NCBI GenBank assembly: GCA_964539925.1 | Contig: CAZILB010000002.1 | Span: 178 to 64,177, forward strand | Source: an uncultured Syntrophobacter sp. | GTDB taxonomy: Bacteria > Desulfobacterota > Binatia > UBA9968 | Reading direction: 5' to 3' | Length of the DNA: 64,000 nt | Shown here: positions 1-9,930 of the stretch, in pieces | Layout of the letters: every line of letters starts with the position of its first letter | Position numbering within the stretch: position 1 is the first letter of the stretch | Program-made: the position numbers and the translations under genes | Notes under the pieces: model-generated | Databases searched by the model: none | The model's input: only the letters and a program-made list of their open reading frames with translations | What the model was told of the DNA's origin: nothing

Positions 1-230
1 CGGCAAGCCTTCAGCCCCTATCGGACTGCCCCAAATGTCAAAATGGTGTATAACCTCTGCGTTCATCGTGCCAGAGATTCAGTGAATGGCGAGGGAATTT
101 ACGATAAATTTCATCGGCCGGACCCCGATCGAACAAAAGTTACGCAGTAAAGCGGGGATCCGACCGTAAGTAACTTTCATTTCGGGCGCGAAAACGATTC
201 AGCGATTTAACTCCCGGTTTTGAGCCGCGA

Positions 231-1460
231 ATGCTTTTCGCCACGACTTTTCGCGCCTTTCGCCACCGCGATTACTTGATCTTTTGGTGCGGCCTCCTGC
301 TCGGCCACACTGGCACCTTGATTCAAACCACGGCGCAAAGCTGGTTGATTTTTCAATTGACCAACTCGCCCTTTTATCTGGGACTCGAAGGGCTCTGTCT
401 CGGCTTGCCTCGGGTGCTGTTTTCCGCGGTCGGCGGCGCCGTGGTCGATCGCTACGACCGCAAGAAGATCTTCATCATCACCCAGAGCGTTTTTTTTCTC
501 ATGGCGCTGTTCATCGGCGTGATGGATCACCTGGGCGCGATCCGCGTCTGGCATCTTTTGCTGGTCTCCGCACTCACCGGATTCTTCGTGTCCTTCGAGC
601 AACCGGTGCGCCAATCGATTCTGCATTATCTCGTGCCTAAGGCCGATCTGCCCAACGCAGTGACGCTCTATCAAATGGTCTTTAACGGCTCCATGCTGTT
701 CGGCCCCGCCATCGGCGGCCTGCTGATTCCGTGGATCGACACCAAAGGCTGTTTCTTCGTCGCTACCGCGGGAAATCTGATCGTGCTCGCAACCATCTTC
801 ATGATCCGTATTCCCAGAGCGAAACCTCCGGCGACCAGGAAAAGCCTCACGCGCGACACTGTCGAAGGACTTTCACTGGCGTGGAACACGCCGATCTTTC
901 TTTCGCTTTTTACGGTTCTCGGCGTTGTCACCTTCTGCACCAAGCCCTATACCCAGTTCATGCCCGTGTTCGCCCGCGATATTCTGGAAGTCGGCGCGCC
1001 GGGCCTCGGCCTGTTGCTCATGGCGCCCGGGGCCGGCGCAATACTTGGCGGCCTCACCCTGGCGTCGGTGCGCCGCTTTCCCAGACCCCATCGCCTGCTC
1101 TTCGCTCTCGCCGCGGGCTTCGCCTCGGCGATTGTCTTGTTCGCACTGTCGCGCACTTTTCCCCTGTCGCTCGTGTTTCTCTTCGCCGCCGGCGCGTTTC
1201 AGACCACCTTCCTGTCCTTTACTGCGACGCTATTGCAGCTTCACGCCGACGAAACCAACCGCGGCCGCATCATGTCGCTGTTCGGCCTGATCAATCGCGG
1301 CCTCGGACCGATGGGCAGTTTTCCCTTCGGCTTGGTGGCCACCGCCATCGGCGCTCCCTGGACCGTCGCCGGCTGCGGATTTTTAACCGCGTCCGCGGTT
1401 GCCTATATCGTCCTTTACCGCTCACCGCTGAGGCGCGTGAAATCGGTGGGTGAAACCTGA
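231..1460 (+). CDS. MFS family transporter (12-TM, enterobactin-exporter/EntS-like class)
   Basis: 409-aa ORF, hydrophobic throughout with the periodic TM pattern of MFS permeases; N-terminal motif G..DRYDRKK in loop 2-3 typical of MFS. No overlapping alternative on the same strand. Confidence 0.8.
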   Translation: MLFATTFRAFRHRDYLIFWCGLLLGHTGTLIQTTAQSWLIFQLTNSPFYLGLEGLCLGLPRVLFSAVGGAVVDRYDRKKIFIITQSVFFLMALFIGVMDHLGAIRVWHLLLVSALTGFFVSFEQPVRQSILHYLVPKADLPNAVTLYQMVFNGSMLFGPAIGGLLIPWIDTKGCFFVATAGNLIVLATIFMIRIPRAKPPATRKSLTRDTVEGLSLAWNTPIFLSLFTVLGVVTFCTKPYTQFMPVFARDILEVGAPGLGLLLMAPGAGAILGGLTLASVRRFPRPHRLLFALAAGFASAIVLFALSRTFPLSLVFLFAAGAFQTTFLSFTATLLQLHADETNRGRIMSLFGLINRGLGPMGSFPFGLVATAIGAPWTVAGCGFLTASAVAYIVLYRSPLRRVKSVGET

Positions 1461-1653
1461 TGACAAGGAGGACGACCGACCGCTTGTCGCTTCAGGGAAG
1501 TGAATTGACGAGTGCTCGCGGCCGAATACAAAACAATAAAGTTCTGAGACGGCAGAGGCAAAACCTTCCCTTAATGATTCAAGGCAGGCATTGCCAAATT
1601 GTAAAGCTATCCTGTGCAGAAGTGCGAATTTGCTCGGGCTGGGCGCGCCGGCT

Positions 1654-2205
1654 TCAGATCTTCCCCTGCGAGCGCAGGTGGTCGATGCGCTGGCGGATGA
1701 TTTCGCCCAAATCTGAAGTCGGCAGACCGTCGGGCACCTGGATCGATTCCGCGCCCAGTTGAACCAGTTTTTCATTCAGGCTGTAAAGCCCGGAGCGAAT
1801 GCGGTCATAATCTTGCAGATACTGCCGGCAGGCAAGAATATTGTCGTCGATCTCTTCAAGGCATTTGGCCAGCCGGCGGCTCTCTTGGCTGAAGGACTGT
1901 CGCAAGTGATCGATGTTCGCCTGGATGATTTGCTCTTCCACGGGCCGTATCTGCTTGGCGATTTCGCTTTTCATGTCCTGGAGAGCCTGCAGCAGGCGCT
2001 CGTAAGATTGTTCCTCTCTCATAAGATCCTCCGGCATTTGTAATCTCGGTTCGCGCGTTGAAAGGTAGTGCTGCGCCAGAGACTCCGACACTCTCTTCCT
2101 GATCAGCATCAAGGCCGCCTGCGTATCGCGGATCCGGTCATCGAGACACGAATCATCGGCGATCAGATGGACCAGCTTTTCGACCGGACCTCGTGCGAGG
2201 GTCAT
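1654..2205 (-). CDS. hypothetical coiled-coil protein (start chosen at internal Met MTLARGP; ORF opens at 2253)
   Basis: 199-aa ORF with charged, heptad-like sequence (QALQDMKSEIAKQIRPVEEQIIQANIDHLRQ) and no recognisable domain. Lies directly downstream of the TPR and PAS-HisKA-REC genes on the same strand. Confidence 0.45.
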   Translation of the reverse strand: MTLARGPVEKLVHLIADDSCLDDRIRDTQAALMLIRKRVSESLAQHYLSTREPRLQMPEDLMREEQSYERLLQALQDMKSEIAKQIRPVEEQIIQANIDHLRQSFSQESRRLAKCLEEIDDNILACRQYLQDYDRIRSGLYSLNEKLVQLGAESIQVPDGLPTSDLGEIIRQRIDHLRSQGKI

Positions 2206-2425
2206 AGCTCTCTCCGCGGGAATTCCGACTCTTCGCCATGCAAATCGGCACAAATTGCATCATCGTTCCCGTATTTCTTATTCAGTTTGGCGGGAAACTG
2301 CAAGAACGTGAGCAACGGGGTAATTTGAAGAATTGTTTACGATCCGGGATCGCGATTACGAGGGAATTTTTGTCCTGAAATGAGCCTCCATGGACAACAA
2401 TGTCCATTGGAGGAGGACAGCGCGC

Positions 2426-2773
2426 TCACCCCTTATCCGGCTTGCCCTGCTCGCCGAGCTGGCGCTTCCAGCCGAGCGTGCGCGCCTTCGCGCCGATCTC
2501 TTCGGCCTCTGCGATCATGCCCTTTCGCTGGTAGAAAATCGACAGGCTGGTGTAGGCCAACTCGTCTTCGGGAGCCGCCTCGACCAACTTTTTGCCGACT
2601 TCTATGGCCTGATCGAGTTTTTCCTGGTGCGCGTAGGTCATCGCCAGCGCATGCAGCGCGTCAGCATAGGCGGGGTCCAGGGCGAGCGCTCGCTCATAGG
2701 CGGCGACCGCTTCGTCGAGCTGGTTTTGGGCGAAGTATTCCATCCCTTGGTTGTAATGGTCTTCTTTGCTCAT
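2426..2773 (-). CDS. TPR-repeat protein
   Basis: 115-aa ORF with three 34-aa TPR-like units (AVAAYERALALDPAYADALHALAMTYAHQEKLDQAIEVGKKLVEAAP...). Starts 8 bp after the upstream PAS-HisKA-REC gene ends. Confidence 0.7.
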   Translation of the reverse strand: MSKEDHYNQGMEYFAQNQLDEAVAAYERALALDPAYADALHALAMTYAHQEKLDQAIEVGKKLVEAAPEDELAYTSLSIFYQRKGMIAEAEEIGAKARTLGWKRQLGEQGKPDKG

Positions 2774-2780
2774 GGAACAA

Positions 2781-3935
2781 TCAGCGGACTTTCACGTTTC
2801 GGTCGGAATTGTCTTCGGATGGAGTATATGAAGCCCGGCCGCTTTGGGCCTCTTCCGAACGGCATTGCTGCAGAAGAATTTTCTTCAGCATCGCCGGATT
2901 GACCGGCTTCTTGAATATCACGCCCTGCAACCCTTGCAGGCAACTGCGCTTGATAATGTGATCCTTGTCGTAATTAAACGCCGTCATCAAAACCACGGGC
3001 AGCTCGGGAGTGGCGTTTTTCACCGTCTGATAGAGCTCGTAGCCGTCCATGTCGGGCATGACGACGTCGCTCAATACAAGATCAAATTTCTCACGCCGCA
3101 AATATTCCATGGCCGACACGCCGGACGCGGCGGTCTCGATGCAACAGCGCTCGGCCTCGAGCAGATCCTTGAGAGACTCGCAGATGCCGGCGTCGTCGTC
3201 CACGATCAAGACGCGCAGGCCGCTAAGAGGATACCGCTCGTCGTGCTTTGGTCGCTCGCAAGGCTTGGCGGCGCCGTCCACGTGAAGGTCGGTCATCATC
3301 TTGCCGTTCAAGTATTCCCTGGTTCCGTACTCGCCCTCTTCCGCCATCTGGCTGATTCGTCCGGTGATGTCCTGGATTTTTCTTACCTGGGAGGCTACCG
3401 ATTCGAGCCGATCCGACTCGACGAGGTAGTCCTCGTCGTTGGCCACTCGATTGACATACTGGCTTAGCAACTCCACTTGGTTGACCAGCACCTCCAACGA
3501 ATTGTTGATTTCATGGGAGACGCCGATGGCAATTTCGGCCAATGTCACCATTCGATCGCGCCGCCTGATAGCGCGGATATCTTTGGCGAAGCCGATCGAA
3601 CCAACCTCACCGCCCTGTTCGTCGTAAATGATCGAAGCGGAGATCGCCACCGGTATTTCTTCGCCTTTTTTAGTCTTGAACACCGTCTCGAAATTTCGAA
3701 TCCGCCCCTTGCCCTCGCCGGCCTCGGCGCGCATGGCGCTCATGACGCGGCGCGCTTCTTCCATGCTTGGATAGATTTCCAGCACGTTCTTGCCTAAAAC
3801 CTCTTCGTAGGCGAAGTCGAGATTCTGGCGCGCGCCGTCGTTGTAGAAGGTAATCGTGCCCTGTCTATCAACCGCTATGATAATGTCAGGGCAACTCTCG
3901 ACGAGCTTCTGAAAGTATTGAACAGGTAGGGCCAT
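2781..3935 (-). CDS. PAS - HisKA - receiver (REC) protein with no HATPase_c catalytic domain
   Basis: N-terminal PAS fold (IIAVDRQGTITFYNDGARQNL). H-box (IAIGVSHEINNSLEVL). C-terminal CheY-like receiver (LIVDDDAGICESLKDLLE ... DLVLSDVVMPDMDGYEL ... VVLMTAF). No G1/G2 ATP-lid motifs anywhere in the 384 aa. Confidence 0.75.
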   Translation of the reverse strand: MALPVQYFQKLVESCPDIIIAVDRQGTITFYNDGARQNLDFAYEEVLGKNVLEIYPSMEEARRVMSAMRAEAGEGKGRIRNFETVFKTKKGEEIPVAISASIIYDEQGGEVGSIGFAKDIRAIRRRDRMVTLAEIAIGVSHEINNSLEVLVNQVELLSQYVNRVANDEDYLVESDRLESVASQVRKIQDITGRISQMAEEGEYGTREYLNGKMMTDLHVDGAAKPCERPKHDERYPLSGLRVLIVDDDAGICESLKDLLEAERCCIETAASGVSAMEYLRREKFDLVLSDVVMPDMDGYELYQTVKNATPELPVVLMTAFNYDKDHIIKRSCLQGLQGVIFKKPVNPAMLKKILLQQCRSEEAQSGRASYTPSEDNSDRNVKVR

Positions 3936-4086
3936 ACGACCTTGCTGGTATCACACATCATAGTTCCAACGGCACCGCCAATGCAAGACCTGATCAATGC
4001 ATCGCAGCCACCGGACCGTTTCGACAAACCGGGCGCTGAGCGAAAAAACTGAAGCGGCGGTCAACCGTAAACTCAAATCCCCAATC

Positions 4087-5814
4087 TCAGCTCGCCGGCC
4101 GCGCGTCGATAATCTTGAGTTCCACACTTGACGCGCCTTTCCATTGGTTTTCGCTCAGCCGATAGGCCACGTCGATTCGCTCGCCCGGCGCCCCTGGAAA
4201 AGCCTCGTCTACGCCGAAAATGACCCCCCCCACCATCTGGCCGCCCTGGCGCAACCGGAAACGCACTCCCGCCGAAAATACCTTGCGTTCGCAAACCTCG
4301 ACGCCGGCCGTCATAAAGACCGGCTCGGGATTGCCAATGCCGTAGGGCTGCAACAGTTCCAGCTCGCGCAGTAGCGGCAGGCCGATATCCGCGAATTCGA
4401 GGGCCGCGTCGATTTCGAGCCGCGGCGCCAGATCGTGCGGCGACAGCAATTGCCGCGCCGCGTCTTCGAAAGATTCCGCGAAGCGCGTCAAGTTCTCCGG
4501 CTTGATCGACAGGCCGCCGGCAAACTCGTGGCCGCCGAACTTCTCGAGGCTGTCGGCGCAAAGCCTAAATCCCTCAACCATCGGAAAACCGCGGATGCTG
4601 CGCGCCGACCCCTTGCCCTCGCCTTGATGGAAACCGATGACCACCGTCGGACGGTGAAAGCGCTCGACGATGCGCGAAGCGACGATGCCGAGAACCCCGG
4701 GATGCCAGCCTTCTCCGGCAAGCACCAGTGAGTAACGTTTGCCGCCGCCGAACACCACTTCGGCTTGGGCCAAAGCCCACTGCAAGACTTCGGCTTCCAA
4801 TCCGCGACGCTCCTGGTTGTGGTCGTTCAGTTCCCGGGCGATTCTCAGCGCCACGTCGGTGGAATCGGTAGTCAGCAATTCGACCACTTTGACGCCGTAG
4901 TCGACCCGGCCTGCGGCATTGATGCGCGGGCCCAGCCGAAACCCTACCTGTCCGGCGCTTACCGCGCCGGCGGGAATACCCGACACTTGCTTTAATGCGA
5001 CGATACCCGGACGCACCGAGCCCGCCAACTCCGCGAGACCGCGGCGAATCAGTGTTCGATTGACGCCGGTCAAGGGCACCATATCGGCGATCGTGCCCAG
5101 AGCAACGATGTCGAGATAACGCCGAAGGTCGGGGGCGGATGCGCCAACAAACCAGCCCCGCTCGCGCAGCTTGGCGCGCAGGCCGATGACCAGGTAAAAA
5201 GCGAGACCGGCCGCGCAAAGCCCCTTGTCGGGAAACGAACAATCGCGCCGATGGGGATTGACAATGGCCACGGCGGGGGGTAGTTCTTCCGGCGGCTGAT
5301 GATGGTCCACGACGACGACATCGAGTCCCATTTGATTCGCAACGGCTACTTCGCGGGCATTCGAAATGCCGCAATCGACGGTGATCACTAGATCGACGCC
5401 ATTCTCCTTGAGCCGCGCGAGGCCGGTGCCATTGAGGCCGTAACCCTCTTCGATGCGATGGGGCACGTGATAGACCGGCTCGACGCCGATTTCGCGCAAA
5501 AAGGACACCAGCACCGAGGCTCCGGTGGTGCCGTCGACGTCGTAGTCGCCCCAGACGCCGATTCGCTCTTTGTTTTGGATCGCTGCGACGATGCGCCGCA
5601 CCGCGGCCTCCATACCCGCCATCTCGAAGGGCGAGGGCAAATCCCGGCTCAGGCTGGAGGAAAGATAGCGCCGCGCCGGGCCGACATCACCGTAACCGCG
5701 CAGCGCGATGAGGTGCGCGAGCAAAGGCGAGATTTTCAACTGTTCGGCGTGATGCCCCGCCTTGTTCTCGGCGGCTTCTTTGAGGATCCAGCGCCGGACA
5801 AGCTCACTCGGCAT
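4087..5814 (-). CDS. recJ: single-stranded-DNA-specific exonuclease RecJ
   Basis: 575 aa. DHH motifs (VDHHQP, DVDGTTG, GGGH) and DHHA1 region. Canonical RecJ length and order. Confidence 0.9.
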   Translation of the reverse strand: MPSELVRRWILKEAAENKAGHHAEQLKISPLLAHLIALRGYGDVGPARRYLSSSLSRDLPSPFEMAGMEAAVRRIVAAIQNKERIGVWGDYDVDGTTGASVLVSFLREIGVEPVYHVPHRIEEGYGLNGTGLARLKENGVDLVITVDCGISNAREVAVANQMGLDVVVVDHHQPPEELPPAVAIVNPHRRDCSFPDKGLCAAGLAFYLVIGLRAKLRERGWFVGASAPDLRRYLDIVALGTIADMVPLTGVNRTLIRRGLAELAGSVRPGIVALKQVSGIPAGAVSAGQVGFRLGPRINAAGRVDYGVKVVELLTTDSTDVALRIARELNDHNQERRGLEAEVLQWALAQAEVVFGGGKRYSLVLAGEGWHPGVLGIVASRIVERFHRPTVVIGFHQGEGKGSARSIRGFPMVEGFRLCADSLEKFGGHEFAGGLSIKPENLTRFAESFEDAARQLLSPHDLAPRLEIDAALEFADIGLPLLRELELLQPYGIGNPEPVFMTAGVEVCERKVFSAGVRFRLRQGGQMVGGVIFGVDEAFPGAPGERIDVAYRLSENQWKGASSVELKIIDARPAS

Positions 5815-5850
5815 CGGGCCAACACCTGTCTCGTTGTGCGCGATTTGCCG

Positions 5851-6774
5851 TCATCGCCGTAAGCTGCCGCCCCACATGAGAATGACCGGGCTGGCGATGA
5901 AGATCGTCGAATAGACACCGGAAACGAAACCCACCAGCAAAGCAAAGGCAAATGGCCTGATCACCGGACCGCCCAAGATATAAAGCGCCAACAGCACCAT
6001 CAGAGCCGTACCCGTGGTCAGGATGGTTCGGCTCAAAGTTTCGTTGATGCTGGTATTCACGATGTTTTCCAGCGATTCCCTGCGAATCTTTCTCAGGTTC
6101 TCGCGAATACGGTCGCAAATCACCACAGTATCATTGACCGAAAACCCGACGACCGTCAGCAAAGCTGCAACCACGGTAAGGTCAAATTCGTAATTGGCCA
6201 ACATCAATGCCCCGACGGTGATTAAAAGATCGTGGACCAGTGCGATCACGGCGCCGATAGCGAAATTTAAGCCGAACCGCGCGCCGAAGGCCGAGCCGAA
6301 GCGAATCCAGATATACACGCCCATCATGATCGTTGCTGCAATGACCGACATGGTGCCGCGGAAACGTAAATCTTCTCCGACTTTCGGGCCGACGTATTCC
6401 ACCCGACGTACTTCGAATCGATCGGCGCCGAAGCGGTCGGTGAGCGTCGTTTTGATTTGCTCGTTCAACGTGGCGATATCGAGTCCGACCTTCTCCACCC
6501 GTATGAGGTATTCGTTGGCTCCTTCCTGGCCGAAATCTTGAATCACGCTGCCGCCCAGTTGGACGGTATCGAGCGCCTGGCGGATATCTTGACTAGTGGT
6601 CCTCTCGGCAAATCTCAATTGAACCAGCGTGCCGCCGGCGAAATCGACGCCCAGTCTTGGACCCTGGATGAATAGAAATGCGAGCACCATCAAATTCGCC
6701 GCGGAAGAAAGAACCAAAGCGACTTTGCGGTAACGCGTAAACGGGATCTTGGTCCCCGGTTTAATCAGCTCCAT
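5851..6774 (-). CDS. secF: protein translocase subunit SecF
   Basis: Six-TM SecF pattern with conserved DFAGG and SINDTVV motifs. Start set at MELIKPG, giving a 4-bp overlap with the secD stop rather than the longer ORF opening at 6885. Confidence 0.9.
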   Translation of the reverse strand: MELIKPGTKIPFTRYRKVALVLSSAANLMVLAFLFIQGPRLGVDFAGGTLVQLRFAERTTSQDIRQALDTVQLGGSVIQDFGQEGANEYLIRVEKVGLDIATLNEQIKTTLTDRFGADRFEVRRVEYVGPKVGEDLRFRGTMSVIAATIMMGVYIWIRFGSAFGARFGLNFAIGAVIALVHDLLITVGALMLANYEFDLTVVAALLTVVGFSVNDTVVICDRIRENLRKIRRESLENIVNTSINETLSRTILTTGTALMVLLALYILGGPVIRPFAFALLVGFVSGVYSTIFIASPVILMWGGSLRR

Positions 6775-6782
6775 ACGCTCCC

Positions 6783-8387
6783 CTAGATACTGATCCGCTC
6801 CAACCTGCGCTTCATCAAGCGAAATTCGTAATGAGTTTTGGTTAGATAGACGGCTGTGATGACGGTGGAGAGAATGCCGATGCACAGGGTTACGGCAAAG
6901 CCCTTGATGGGTCCCGTGCCGAACTGGAACAGGATCACACCGGAAAGAAAAGTCGTGATGTTGGAATCCAGAATCGCCGGCAGCGCGTTTTGATAACCGG
7001 TTTCGATTGCCGAGCGCACCGCCCGCCCGGCTCTGAGTTCCTCGCGAATTCGTTCATTGATCAGAACGTTGGCGTCCACAGCCATGCCGACGGTCAGAAC
7101 GATGCCGGCGATACCGGGCAGTGTCAGCACGGCCTGCAGTCCGGCCAAAAGCGCGACCAGGTAGAGAATATTAAAGACCAAGGCGACCACGGCCACCAGG
7201 CCGGCCCCTTTATAGTAAGCGACCATGAAGAGCACCACCAGGATGCCTCCAACGATAAACGACGTGATGCCCTGCTGAATGGAATCCTGACCCAGCGAGG
7301 GGCCGACGGTTCGCTCTTCGACAATCTCCACCGGTGCCGGCAACGCTCCGGCCCTGAGCACGATCGCCAGGTCGCGCGCTTCCCTCAAATCGAAACTCCC
7401 TGTAATCGACGCACGGCCGCCGCCGATACGTTCCTGAATCACCGGCGCCGAATAGACGTTGTTGTCGAGCACGATCGCCAGGCGCCGCCTCACGTTGGCG
7501 GCGGTGATCTGTTCAAAGACTTTCGCGCCGGAGCTGTTGAGAATCAGCTCGACATACGGCCCCTGCAACTGTTCGCTCGGCCGTACGCGCGCATCCTGAA
7601 TATATTCGCCGGTCATCAGCGTGCGCGACTCCACGACGTAGGGAATCCTTTCTCCGGGAAATCCCCCCACGCCTCTGCCGGCTTGACCGTAGAGAATCTG
7701 GCGCCCCGGAGGCGGGCCGGTCTTGAGAGCCTGTTCCGCATCAACGCCGTCGTCCACCAGCTTGAATTCGAGCAACGCGGTCTTGCCGATGATATCCTTG
7801 GCCCGCTGCGGATCTTGAATGCCTGGAAGCTGGACGAGAATATCGTGCTGGCCGTGGCGCTGAATAATCGGTTCGCTGACGCCGAATTGATCGATGCGGT
7901 TACGGATCGTTTCCAGAGACTGGTCCACCGTATAATCGCGCAAAGAGCGGAATTCCTCTTTGCTGAGCGTCAGAAAGAAATCCGTCCCTCCCTCGACCGT
8001 CTGGGGCGTCTTGGCCTCCACCAGATTGCCGAAATCGCTTTTGAGAATTCCCCGCGCCCGCTCCGCCTGGTCCCCCGGCGCCTTCACCTGCAATAACGTC
8101 CCCTCGATACGCTCGACCGCGACACGGGCCAGGCCCCGCTCGCGCATCGTGGTAGCCAGCTCGCCGCGAATCCGCTCAATATGGTTTTCGATCGCGGTAT
8201 CGACTTTGACCTCGAGCACCAGATGGCTACCGCCCTGAAGATCCAGGCCTAGATGAATTTTCTCCGTCGGCAAAAATGTTCCCCACCAACTCGGCAATGA
8301 GGGGACAAATGTGGGCACCACGAAAAACACGGCGAGAAAAGTGGCGATGCCGAACAAGGTGACTCGCGTAAGCACGGCCCGGCGCAT
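6783..8387 (-). CDS. secD: protein translocase subunit SecD
   Basis: Large periplasmic domain followed by the C-terminal 6-TM bundle (LDLQGGSHLVLEV, VDANVLINERIREE). Start at MRRAVLTRV, 4 bp downstream of the yajC stop. The longer ORF to 8483 would overlap yajC by about 90 bp. Confidence 0.9.
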   Translation of the reverse strand: MRRAVLTRVTLFGIATFLAVFFVVPTFVPSLPSWWGTFLPTEKIHLGLDLQGGSHLVLEVKVDTAIENHIERIRGELATTMRERGLARVAVERIEGTLLQVKAPGDQAERARGILKSDFGNLVEAKTPQTVEGGTDFFLTLSKEEFRSLRDYTVDQSLETIRNRIDQFGVSEPIIQRHGQHDILVQLPGIQDPQRAKDIIGKTALLEFKLVDDGVDAEQALKTGPPPGRQILYGQAGRGVGGFPGERIPYVVESRTLMTGEYIQDARVRPSEQLQGPYVELILNSSGAKVFEQITAANVRRRLAIVLDNNVYSAPVIQERIGGGRASITGSFDLREARDLAIVLRAGALPAPVEIVEERTVGPSLGQDSIQQGITSFIVGGILVVLFMVAYYKGAGLVAVVALVFNILYLVALLAGLQAVLTLPGIAGIVLTVGMAVDANVLINERIREELRAGRAVRSAIETGYQNALPAILDSNITTFLSGVILFQFGTGPIKGFAVTLCIGILSTVITAVYLTKTHYEFRLMKRRLERISI

Positions 8388-8391
8388 GGGC

Positions 8392-8727
8392 TTAGTCCTT
8401 TCCTTCTTTGGCTGGTGTTTTCTCGGGAGTGATGACGGCGGAAATTTGCGGTCGGTGAACGCGGATTCGGACGTTCGGCGCAATCTCCAAAGTCACCACA
8501 GTTTCTTTTAAATCCACTATTTTACCGTAAATTCCACCGGAGGTCATGACCTCGTCGTTCCTTTTCAGCTTCGCGAGCAGCTCTTGATGCTGCTTGACCT
8601 TTCTTTGCTGCGGCCGGATCACCATGAAATACATGATGACGAAGATCAGAATAAACGGGAATATCGTCACCAGCGGTCCAGGCCCGGTCGCCCCCGGCGC
8701 CGCCTGGGCGAACGCAATATCGATCAT
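8392..8727 (-). CDS. yajC: preprotein translocase subunit YajC
   Basis: About 111 aa with one TM (LVTIFPFILIFVIMYFMVIRPQQRK) and the YajC signature. Sits between tgt and secD as in the conserved tgt-yajC-secDF arrangement. Start at MIDIAF; the longer ORF to 8958 overlaps tgt. Confidence 0.85.
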   Translation of the reverse strand: MIDIAFAQAAPGATGPGPLVTIFPFILIFVIMYFMVIRPQQRKVKQHQELLAKLKRNDEVMTSGGIYGKIVDLKETVVTLEIAPNVRIRVHRPQISAVITPEKTPAKEGKD

Positions 8728-8749
8728 GAATCCTCCTAAGTCTGTGACC

Positions 8750-9859
8750 TCACGGAGAGGCCTCAAGCCCGCTCGTATCCGGCCAGAGTTCGGACCGACC
8801 GGTGCGAATCGCTTCCCGACACTTATCCATGAGCCGGTGGTAAAAGTAAAGATTGTGCAGGCTGTTGAGCTGCGACGCCAGGATTTCACCGGCCAGATAG
8901 AGATGGCGTAAATAGGCTCGGGAAAAATTCCGGCAGCCGTAGCAAGCGCAATTTTCATCCAGCGGCCTGGTGTCGGCGGCGAATTCGGCGCGTTTGATGT
9001 TCACCTTGCCGCGCCAGGTAAACAAGGTGCCGTTGCGCGCATTGCGGGTCGGGATGACGCAATCGAACATATCGAAGCCGGCGCGTGCCGCCTTGACGAT
9101 GTCCTGCGGCCGCCCCACGCCCATCAGGTAACGAAGCCGATCCGACGGCAGCAAACCGGCGGTGAAAAGCGCCATACGGTGCAGCGCTTCTTCGCCTTCG
9201 CCCACGCCCAATCCACCCACGGCGAACCCGTCAAACGGCATCGGGATCATTTCGACGGCGCACCAGCGGCGCAGATCTTCGAACAGACCGCCCTGGAGGA
9301 TACCAAACATGAGTTGATCGGATTTCCGGCGCGCCCTCAAGCAACGCTCCGCCCAGCGCACGGTTCGCTCCGTCGAGGCCCTCACATAATCGCGCGCCGC
9401 GTCGTGCGGCACACATTCGTCGAGCACCATCGCGACATCGCTGCCCAAAGCCTCCTGGATGGCCACCGCCAATTCCGGCGTGAGCTGATGGTAAGAGCCG
9501 TCCAAGTGGGATTGAAAGCGTGCCCCCTCCTCCGAAATCTTGCGCCTGGCTGCCAAACTGAAGATCTGATAACCGCCGCTGTCGGTCAAGATCGGCCCGT
9601 CCCAAGCCATGAACCGATGTAAACCGCCGAGCTCGCGAATCAACTCATGACCCGGCCGCAGGAACAAATGATAGGTATTGGCGAGCAGAATCTGGCAGCC
9701 GAGATCTTTCAAATCCCGTGGCAGCATCGCCTTGACCGTCGCCTGTGTTCCCACAGGCATAAAACAGGGCGTTTCGATGGCGCCATGCGCGGTCGTCAGG
9801 CGACCGAGACGCGCATGGCTGCTAGAATCTTTCTTCACAACAGTGAAACAATCCCTCAT
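8750..9859 (-). CDS. tgt: queuine tRNA-ribosyltransferase
   Basis: TIM-barrel Tgt motifs (FMPVGTQATVK, LTDSGGYQ, LHGVGRPQ) and zinc site CxCxxC...H (CACYGCRNFSRAYLRHL). Start at MRDCFTV. Confidence 0.9.
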   Translation of the reverse strand: MRDCFTVVKKDSSSHARLGRLTTAHGAIETPCFMPVGTQATVKAMLPRDLKDLGCQILLANTYHLFLRPGHELIRELGGLHRFMAWDGPILTDSGGYQIFSLAARRKISEEGARFQSHLDGSYHQLTPELAVAIQEALGSDVAMVLDECVPHDAARDYVRASTERTVRWAERCLRARRKSDQLMFGILQGGLFEDLRRWCAVEMIPMPFDGFAVGGLGVGEGEEALHRMALFTAGLLPSDRLRYLMGVGRPQDIVKAARAGFDMFDCVIPTRNARNGTLFTWRGKVNIKRAEFAADTRPLDENCACYGCRNFSRAYLRHLYLAGEILASQLNSLHNLYFYHRLMDKCREAIRTGRSELWPDTSGLEASP

Positions 9860-9930
9860 GGCTGGATTGAGAAGATGGGAACCGCGCGGGACACCTGGTC
9901 CCGGCCGACGGACGGTTGAATCAAAAACGC

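Noticed and set aside
5851-6885. Longer SecF ORF starting at 6885 (His-rich MHRHSLHRHH N-terminus)
   Set aside because: The extension overlaps the secD C-terminus out of frame and is not SecF-like. MELIKPG at 6774 gives the standard 4-bp secD/secF overlap.
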